The position numbers were made by a program, and so were the translations under genes. From Planctomycetia bacterium (GTDB taxonomy: Bacteria > Planctomycetota > Planctomycetia > Pirellulales > PALSA-1355), in contig JACQFF010000060.1 in assembly GCA_016200205.1 (NCBI GenBank), positions 1 to 63,795 of the forward strand: a stretch of DNA of 63,795 bases, in the 5' to 3' direction. This document shows, in pieces, positions 55,507 through 63,795 of this stretch. Numbering within the stretch: position 1 is the stretch's first letter; every line of letters begins with the position of its first letter. The notes under the pieces were generated by a model that saw only the letters and a program-made list of their open reading frames with translations, ran no database searches and was not told where the DNA came from.

Positions 55507-55746
55507 ATGAGCTTCGATTGGCAAAACCTGACCGCCTTGCTCGCCGTCGCCGCGGCCGGCGCTTATTTGGCGCGCGTGGCCTGGCTGAGCATTGCCAAGC
55601 GGAAGGCCGCCGGCTGTGGAAGCTGCGGCAGTTGCCCGAGCGGCGCCTTAGCGAACCAACCACAAGTCTTCGGGATCGAGCCCGAACGGGACAGTGCAAA
55701 AGTGGCTACGAACGGGCAGCTTGGCTCGAAAGCGCTAGGCCGTTAG
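55507..55746 (+). CDS. FeoB-associated Cys-rich small membrane protein
   Basis: A single TM segment (LTALLAVAAAGAYLARVAWL) is followed by GCGSCGSCPSG. It lies immediately downstream of feoB. Confidence 0.6.
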   Translation: MSFDWQNLTALLAVAAAGAYLARVAWLSIAKRKAAGCGSCGSCPSGALANQPQVFGIEPERDSAKVATNGQLGSKALGR

Positions 55747-55754
55747 CGCGCGGG

Positions 55755-56795
55755 CTACTCGCCGGAAGTCTCGGCTTTGTGGGCCGGAGTGTCGTTCGCT
55801 TTGCCCGAACCGTCGGCCTTGACCACCAGCGCGTAGGCCGTGAAGGCTTGCGCCAGGTTGTCGCCCTGGTCGGTCATGATGCTGATTTTCCGGGCGACTT
55901 TGCCGGGATCGTCGCCGGCGGTAAACACGACTGGAATTACGTGCACCGACTTGGCTTCTTTCGACGTTTCAATCTCGAACGACTTGTCGGGGCATTTGAC
56001 GTCGATGATTTTAAACGGTTTCTTGCCCCGCACGAGAAGTTTTTTGGTAACCGTCTGTCCGGGATGCACGGTGCCCATGAAGAGCGAAGTGGGGCTGATC
56101 GTGATCTCCGAAATTACGCGTCCCGACATATCGACGGGCAGCTCGCGTGCCCGGGCATCGTTCGTCACCAGGATCAATTGATCTTTGATGTAACCGACGG
56201 GAGCCGTCTTGGTGAGCCGAATCAGCAGCTCGTAAGAGACCTTGCCTGCGCCGCGGCCCAACTCGGTGACTTCCACTTCGAAGTTTGGGTCGGCCGTCTT
56301 GGCGTCGACGATTTTCCAATCTTCTCGGCCGGCATAGATCACTTGGAGCTTCTTTTCGATCTCCGTGCCCACGTCGACGGTGCCCAGATCGATCGCGCCA
56401 GGCTGCAGGACTACGTCGCCGCGAATAAACCCGGTCACATGCAGTTCTACCACGGCATGAAACGGCTGATCGAAGGTCACGAATAGCGTGGGCGACTTTT
56501 GGCCCAAGAAATCCCGCGTATTCAATTCGGCAACAATTTCAGCCGTTTGGAATGTCTTCAGGTCGGACCTGGTGATTTGAGGCGTCATGCAACCGCAACT
56601 CGAGCGGACGCCCGCAATATGCGCATCTTCCTGGTAAATGTTCTTGATCTGGAAGCGAAACTCGGCCTTGGCCCCTCGCGCGACCGTGCCAAAGTCGTGC
56701 GAGGTGACGTTGAACATCTTGTTTGCCCATTCCTGGGCGTTGCCGATCGATTCAGCAGCCAGGAGGCAAACCAATACTGCAAGAACCTTGCGCAT
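55755..56795 (-). CDS. DUF1573 domain-containing secreted protein
   Basis: Signal peptide MRKVLAVLVCLLAAESIGNAQ. DUF1573 hallmark HDFGTVARGAKAEFRFQIKNIYQEDAHIAGVRSSCGC. Further Ig-like repeats follow. Confidence 0.8.
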   Translation of the reverse strand: MRKVLAVLVCLLAAESIGNAQEWANKMFNVTSHDFGTVARGAKAEFRFQIKNIYQEDAHIAGVRSSCGCMTPQITRSDLKTFQTAEIVAELNTRDFLGQKSPTLFVTFDQPFHAVVELHVTGFIRGDVVLQPGAIDLGTVDVGTEIEKKLQVIYAGREDWKIVDAKTADPNFEVEVTELGRGAGKVSYELLIRLTKTAPVGYIKDQLILVTNDARARELPVDMSGRVISEITISPTSLFMGTVHPGQTVTKKLLVRGKKPFKIIDVKCPDKSFEIETSKEAKSVHVIPVVFTAGDDPGKVARKISIMTDQGDNLAQAFTAYALVVKADGSGKANDTPAHKAETSGE

Positions 56796-57272
56796 CACAA
56801 CTGCTTTCTCCGGAAATCGGCAGGGCCGCGGCAGCCTGAATTCGTACGGCATCGCTGTGGGGGGGTATACTATGGCGGCTCGTAGAACGAGAGCGATTGT
56901 GACGGTAGCCTGCCGAACTCTACCGCTCGACGTGTCGGAATGTCAACTTCGATCGGTGCATGATAACACCTGTTACGATTGTTTCGGCCTGCAGCGCGAC
57001 TTTACAAAAGCAAATTCTCTCCACCGTAAACGGTCGGGATGCTAGCGATTGAAACTGGCTAGAATAACATCAAATGGGTAAACCAGCGGGCGGCTCGATC
57101 GGGTGTTCCTTCGACAGCGGCTAGGCAAATTGTGGGTGCGTCTGTACTTTGGTGAAGCGTGATGGAATCGGCACCGGCGATACTTTCCGCGGGGGATGTG
57201 TTAAAGTAAGTTCGAGCGCCGTGGCCAGAGTGCTCACCCGTGTGGCTTTCACAGCGGCATTTGGGGCCCTTC

Positions 57273-59507
57273 ATGTTCCTGTCGCCTGCTTCTCGATCGG
57301 GTTGTACGTTCAAAATCGCCCCTGTTTTGCTAGCTGTCGTGGTGCTATCGGCCGGAGGGCGTGGTGCCTTGGCCGCTGAAACCACCGGCGCCGGCATCGG
57401 CCGAGCCCCATCGAGCCGAGGTTCACTCCTGGCGGCAAAGCCCAAATCGGCCGACGACAGTCGGGCCAAAACGGCCGAGAAATCGCCAAAGGATGAGCCG
57501 GTGGGAGAGCACCCATTTCCCAAACATTATCAGGCGCCTTCGCTCGATGGCGGCGTGGGCTGGATCAATACGGCCGGGCCGATCGACCTGAAGCAGCTTC
57601 GCGGAAAATTCGTGATTCTCGATTTCTGGACATACTGTTGCATCAATTGCATGCACGTCCTGCCGCAGTTGAAGAAGCTCGAGCACGCCTATCCCAACGA
57701 AATCGTCGTCATCGGCGTGCACTCGGCCAAGTTTGCGACAGAACAAGATTCCAAGAACATCGAGGAAGCGGTGCTGCGGTACGAAATCGAGCATCCGGTG
57801 TTGAACGACGCCCAGCACAAGATTTGGGACAAGTACGAAGTCACAAGCTGGCCGACGTTATGCGTCATCGATCCGGAGGGCAATCTGATAGCCCGCAACG
57901 GCGGCGAGATTGATTTCGAGCTGCTCGATCGATTCTTCAAGAAAGCAATGCTCTACTATCGACGCAAGGGCCTGCTCGACACCACGCCGTTGCGTTTCGA
58001 GTTGGCGGCTTTTCAAGTGCCGACAACTCCCTTGCGTTTTCCGGGCAAAATCTTGGCCGATGAAAAAACCGACCGCCTCTATATTGCCGACAGCAACCAC
58101 AACCGCGTCGTCGTCGCCAGGTTCGACGGCACGCTGGTGGAAACGATTGGCTCGGGCCAGGCCGGCGCGACCGACGGCAGTTTTGCCAAAGCCAGCTTCG
58201 ACCACCCGCAGGGAATGGCCTTGGCCGGCGACATCCTGTACGTCGCCGACACGGAGAATCATCTGCTGCGCAAAGTGGATTTGAAAAAGAAACAGGTCCA
58301 CACTCTGGCCGGCACCGGCAAACAAGGCCATGGCTGGCCGGGGATGGAGGAGGTTGCCGGCGGCTTGGTTGCGCGCAAGGCCTCTTGGACCGGCAAACCG
58401 CTCAAGACGGCGCTCAATAGCCCTTGGGCTTTGACGCTGCACGGGCACGACTTATTCATTGCCATGGCCGGGCTGCACCAGATTTGGAAGATGTCGTTGG
58501 CCAAGGGCGACATCGGTCCGGTCGCTGGCAATGGGCGCGAAGACATTGTGGACGGCCCGCAATTGCCCTCACAACCTTATGAAGAAGGCTACAGTTCGTT
58601 TGCCCAGCCGAGTGGCTTGAGCACCGACGGCGCATGGCTCTATGTGGCCGACAGCGAGGGGAGCTCGATTCGCGCGGTTCCGCTCGATCCATCGTCACCG
58701 GTTCGGACGGTGATCGGCACGTCGCACTTGCCTGGCGGGCGCTTATTCACCTTCGGCGATGTCGATGGCCAGGGGCGAAAAGTGCTGCTGCAGCACGCGC
58801 TGGAAGTACTCTACCACGACGGATTGCTGTACGTGGCCGATACGTACAACAACAAAATCAAGGTCATCGACCTGCGCCAGCGCACGTGCCAGACCTTGGC
58901 GGGCACCGGCAACGCCGGCGGTAAGGATGAACCGGCGGCTTTCCACGAGCCGGCCGGCCTGGCACATGCCAACGGCAAACTGTATGTGGCCGACACGAAC
59001 AATCATTTGATCCGCACGATCGATTTGAAGCACGGCAATAAAGTCGCCACGCTCGAAATCGTCGGGCTCGCGCCGCCGGAGGCGCCCAAAATCGACGCGA
59101 AACCGAGTTTCCCTGACGCTGCACAGGTCGACCTGGCGGCAGCGACTCTGAAGTCGACCGACGGCAAGGTGCGGTTGCAAGTCGCCTTGGAATTGCCGGC
59201 CGGCTACAAGATCAATCCGCTGGCGCCCTTGCGCTACCTGGTCGAGGCGAGCGAAAAAGATGGCCCGATCAGCCGCGAGGCGCTGGGGAAACTGACCGAG
59301 GTCGAGGAAAAGTCCGCCAAGTTCGACATCGACTTGCCCACTAGCGCCGCCAACGGCAGCGACCAGTTGAAGATTTCGTTGGCCTACTACTACTGCCAGA
59401 CCGGCGCCGAAGGCGTCTGCAAAGCCGCCAACGTGATCTGGAACCTGCCGCTGAGCCTCTCGGACGCCGGACAGACGAGCGTGCAATTGCCGTTCAAAGT
59501 GCGCTGA
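57273..59507 (+). CDS. Thioredoxin-like (redoxin) + NHL-repeat beta-propeller protein (NHLRC2-like architecture)
   Basis: Signal peptide, then FVILDFWTYCCINCMHVLPQL and repeated NHL units (RLYIADSNHNRVVV, ILYVADTENHLLRKVD, WLYVADSEGSSIR, LLYVADTYNNKIKVID, KLYVADTNNHLIRTID). Confidence 0.85.
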   Translation: MFLSPASRSGCTFKIAPVLLAVVVLSAGGRGALAAETTGAGIGRAPSSRGSLLAAKPKSADDSRAKTAEKSPKDEPVGEHPFPKHYQAPSLDGGVGWINTAGPIDLKQLRGKFVILDFWTYCCINCMHVLPQLKKLEHAYPNEIVVIGVHSAKFATEQDSKNIEEAVLRYEIEHPVLNDAQHKIWDKYEVTSWPTLCVIDPEGNLIARNGGEIDFELLDRFFKKAMLYYRRKGLLDTTPLRFELAAFQVPTTPLRFPGKILADEKTDRLYIADSNHNRVVVARFDGTLVETIGSGQAGATDGSFAKASFDHPQGMALAGDILYVADTENHLLRKVDLKKKQVHTLAGTGKQGHGWPGMEEVAGGLVARKASWTGKPLKTALNSPWALTLHGHDLFIAMAGLHQIWKMSLAKGDIGPVAGNGREDIVDGPQLPSQPYEEGYSSFAQPSGLSTDGAWLYVADSEGSSIRAVPLDPSSPVRTVIGTSHLPGGRLFTFGDVDGQGRKVLLQHALEVLYHDGLLYVADTYNNKIKVIDLRQRTCQTLAGTGNAGGKDEPAAFHEPAGLAHANGKLYVADTNNHLIRTIDLKHGNKVATLEIVGLAPPEAPKIDAKPSFPDAAQVDLAAATLKSTDGKVRLQVALELPAGYKINPLAPLRYLVEASEKDGPISREALGKLTEVEEKSAKFDIDLPTSAANGSDQLKISLAYYYCQTGAEGVCKAANVIWNLPLSLSDAGQTSVQLPFKVR

Positions 59508-59778
59508 CATGCGTCGATCGAATCGATAGAGGCGTGACAAGCCCCTTGGCCAAGGGTCTCTGGAGCCGCCGGCACCACCGGTAGCCAAAACCGCGGAGTA
59601 TTGCAGCGACATTGCAGCACAGTCGTAATTGCCCTCCCGCGGCTGGACAGGTATAATTTTTAATTCGTCCCGATGCCTTTTTAGATCCCCGGTGGAGGGG
59701 TTGGGCCAGGCGGGAGCGTTCCTTTTCTCGTGAGTCATGCTCCGCGATCGTCGGTCGGCTGAGACGTTGTTTCAAAAC

Positions 59779-59865
59779 CCCTCTCCCCCTGGGAGAGGGC
59801 AGGGTGAGGGTTCTTGACTTTTCCGGGATGCGCCCTCACCCCAACCCTCTCCCAAAGGGAGAGGG
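59779..59865. repeat. Compound-palindrome interspersed repeat, copy 3
   Basis: The parts are ccctctccc-cct-gggagaggg, agggtgaggg, a 22-nt spacer, ccctcacccc, then ccctctccc-aaa-gggagaggg. It ends 64 nt upstream of the rpsA ATG. Confidence 0.85.
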
Positions 59866-59929
59866 AGGCGTCTTCTTAGCCGCCGTGGCAACCGCTTGGG
59901 GCGTGGCTGGCAAACCAAATACAAAACAC

Positions 59930-61696
<1,767 letters not shown>

Positions 61697-61834
61697 AAAA
61701 CCGCCGCCTGCCCGGTAAAACGGGCACGCGCGACAGGCCTGGCGACCGTGCGAACAACCGTCATAGGGCGAGCAAACGGTAGCCCATTGATCGTCGCGCG
61801 TCCGCTTGAAGGCGCACAACGAGGATCATCCGAG

Positions 61835-61871
61835 CGACCCCGCTGGTCATGGCCAGCGGGGTCGTTTTTTT
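61835..61871 (+). terminator. Rho-independent terminator
   Basis: A 12-bp perfect stem cgaccccgctgg / ccagcggggtcg with a 6-nt loop, followed by ttttttt. It lies 139 nt after the rpsA stop. Confidence 0.65.
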
Positions 61872-62003
61872 CGCTAACGTCCGAACGCACCTCACATTCG
61901 TCCTACTGCGTCAAGCTTGCGCTTCTTTGCAGAAAAACCCCGCGCACGTCGATAGTTGTGTTGTTCTGCAATCGCAATCAACGGCACACCAGTGATAAAC
62001 CGA

Positions 62004-62846
62004 ATGACGACCGCACGACGCCGCCCCACGGCCGCAGTACAGACTCCGCTCGAAACCTACTTGCGCGAAATCAACGAGACTTCGCTGCTTTCGGCAAACG
62101 ACGAACAACAATTGGCCACCGCGATCGGCAACGGCGATACCCGCGCCCGTGACCGCATGGTCCGCGCCAATTTGCGGCTGGTGGTCAACATTGCTCGCGG
62201 CTACACGGGCAAGGGGCTGAGCCTGCAAGATCTCATCGAAGAGGGCAACCTGGGGCTGCTGCGGGCCGTCGAGGGGTTCGATCCGGCCATGGGCACGCGC
62301 TTCAGCACCTATGCCAGCTACTGGATCAAGCAGTCGATCAAACGCGCGCTAATCAACACGGCCAAGACGATTCGCATTCCGGCCTATATGGTCGAGCTGC
62401 TCTCCAAGTGGCGCCGGGCCACGGCGCGGCTGGCCGAGGAACTGGGTCGCACGCCCACCCCGGAAGAGATCGCGCGCGTCTTGGGCCTGCCCAAAAAGAA
62501 GCTGCCGATCATCAAGAAAGCCATTCGCATTTATAACTCGACCCCGCAAACCGACCAGACCGAAGCCGGCTGGTCCTTGGGCGAAATGATCATGGACGAA
62601 CGGCTCAAAAGCCCGGAAGACGAGTTGGTCGACAGCGACAATCTGGTCCACGTGATGGGAATGCTCGAAACGATGGACCATCGCGAAGCCACGGTGCTGC
62701 GGATGCGATTTGGGCTGCACGATAACGAACCGCGAACGCTCAAGGAAATTGGCGAGTCGCTGGGGCTGACGCGCGAGCGGGTGCGGCAAATCGAGACCGA
62801 GGCCCTCGGCAAGCTGGCTCATGGCTTGCAAGGCCCACCGGCTTAG
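62004..62846 (+). CDS. Sigma-70 family RNA polymerase sigma factor (RpoD-like regions 2-4, short N-terminus)
   Basis: LETYLREI, ANLRLVVNIARGY, region 2 DLIEEGNLGLLRAVEGFDPAMGTRFSTYASYWIKQSI, and region 4 LKEIGESLGLTRERVRQIE. Confidence 0.88.
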   Translation: MTTARRRPTAAVQTPLETYLREINETSLLSANDEQQLATAIGNGDTRARDRMVRANLRLVVNIARGYTGKGLSLQDLIEEGNLGLLRAVEGFDPAMGTRFSTYASYWIKQSIKRALINTAKTIRIPAYMVELLSKWRRATARLAEELGRTPTPEEIARVLGLPKKKLPIIKKAIRIYNSTPQTDQTEAGWSLGEMIMDERLKSPEDELVDSDNLVHVMGMLETMDHREATVLRMRFGLHDNEPRTLKEIGESLGLTRERVRQIETEALGKLAHGLQGPPA

Positions 62847-62867
62847 CCGCCCACGGTCGGCCTTTTT
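62846..62867 (+). terminator. Weak terminator-like hairpin after the sigma factor gene
   Basis: gccgcc-cac-ggtcggc (one bulge) followed by ttttt. Confidence 0.35.
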
Positions 62868-62984
62868 GCGCTTGATGTGGTCCGATAGCCGTTTGTTAGA
62901 ATGCTACAGGGTCACCGACGCGTCTCGAAGCGACACGCTCCAAAGCGTGAAAGCTGTCTCGCCTTCTCCAAGCGGACCACTGCC

Positions 62985-63500
62985 ATGGATTTAGCCAGGT
63001 ATATTCGAGCCGTCCCAGATTTTCCCAAGCCGGGCATTCTGTTTCGCGATATCACTCCGCTGCTCAGCAATCCCCAGGCTCTTCGCGCGGCCGTCCAGCG
63101 GATGGCGGAACACTATCGGGGCGCGAAAGTCGACGTTGTCGCCGCGGCCGAAGCGCGGGGCTTTATTTTTGCCGCCCCCTTGGCGCTGGAACTCGATGTC
63201 GGCTTTGTGCCCGTGCGCAAACCCGGCAAGCTGCCGTTCGACACGCACGCGTTTCATTACGAGCTCGAGTACGGAAGCGACACGCTCGAAATGCACCGCG
63301 ATGGGATCGCGCCGGGTCAACAGGTGCTGTTGGTCGACGATCTGTTGGCCACCGGCGGCACGGTGGAAGCCTGCTGCCGATTAGTCGAAAAATCGGGGGC
63401 GACGGTCGTGGGATGCGTGTTTCTCATTGAGCTAGCTAGCTTGGGTGGATCCAGGCGACTGGCCCCCTATAAGCCGTATAGCCTCATACGGTACGATTAG
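62985..63500 (+). CDS. apt: Adenine phosphoribosyltransferase
   Basis: [21 protein letters not shown] and the PRPP-binding motif [13 protein letters not shown]. Confidence 0.9.
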   Translation: MDLARYIRAVPDFPKPGILFRDITPLLSNPQALRAAVQRMAEHYRGAKVDVVAAAEARGFIFAAPLALELDVGFVPVRKPGKLPFDTHAFHYELEYGSDTLEMHRDGIAPGQQVLLVDDLLATGGTVEACCRLVEKSGATVVGCVFLIELASLGGSRRLAPYKPYSLIRYD

Positions 63501-63618
63501 CGCCTTGCCCTTTCGCCACAGTTTGCCCCCGCCGCCACGCACTTGACGATCGTTGTCCCGCGCGACTAGCATTCAGTTGGCGACGCAGTTCATTCCTTAA
63601 AGATGGAGAGCAAGGATC

Positions 63619-63795
63619 ATGAAGTCAGGAATTTCAAGCGCGTTGGCTGTGGCGATGCTGGGGCTGATTGCAATGGGATCGAAAACGGCAACGGCGGCGG
63701 ACGCGACGATTCGCACCGCCGGATATACCCACGTGTCGGGCACGGCGGCGCCGACGGACTCGTTGCATCTGCCGATGCAGATTTCCAGTTCAGTG
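63619..63795 (+). CDS. Secreted hypothetical protein, N-terminal fragment (runs off the right window edge)
   Basis: ATG 63619 is preceded by GGAGAGCAAGG. MKSGISSALAVAMLGLIAMGSKTATAADA looks like a signal peptide. The frame is open to position 63795. Confidence 0.5.
   Translation, partial: MKSGISSALAVAMLGLIAMGSKTATAADATIRTAGYTHVSGTAAPTDSLHLPMQISSSV

Noticed and set aside
59543-59556. Perfect 14-nt palindrome cccttggccaaggg after the NHL-repeat gene as a terminator
   Set aside because: It has no loop and no downstream T-run. It could be a protein site or chance, so it is not annotated.

Overview
This is a high-GC segment, roughly 60% G+C by hand counts of sampled stretches. It looks like Planctomycetota chromosome, probably Pirellulales-like. 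That inference rests on the gene content: DUF1553/PSD1 and planctomycete cytochrome-c (PSCyt) modules, DUF1080, DUF1573, DUF11, and a cyclophilin-dockerin-PEP-CTERM protein.

All calls come from reading the six-frame track and recognising motifs. No database search was possible.

I support about 55 protein-coding genes and found no rRNA, tRNA, CRISPR array, transposase or integrase. Most of the window is housekeeping:
- holB-tmk
- purA-uppS-cdsA
- phoH-pgpH-ybeY-recO
- a BamD-like/LptE-like pair
- folP, proA, trxB, asnS, acs, cysK
- feoA-feoA-feoB
- rpsA, a sigma-70 factor, apt

The long ORFs antisense to these genes are GC-rich shadow frames and are rejected.

I found no convincing large novel multi-gene system. 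The observations most worth a second look are:
1. A compact, lower-GC islet between acs and cysK (43.6-45.3 kb). It carries a PemK/MazF-like toxin, an overlapping upstream partner I cannot assign to a known antitoxin family, and an Mrr-like type IV nuclease.
2. A ~85-nt compound-palindrome repeat present three times, always in the same orientation just upstream of plus-strand genes.
3. A cyclophilin-dockerin-PEP-CTERM gene whose signal peptide is separated from the catalytic domain by an apparent internal deletion plus frameshift.
4. The 816-nt gap upstream of an ArsR-like gene, the largest non-coding gap in the window. It holds a 3 x 19-nt direct repeat and a hairpin-rich leader ending in a terminator-like stem right before the start codon.
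5. A co-directional minus-strand array of unknowns, a TolC-like gene, a WYL regulator, tmk and holB, with a 68-nt overlap between the TolC-like gene and the regulator.

Several smaller oddities are listed separately in the findings.
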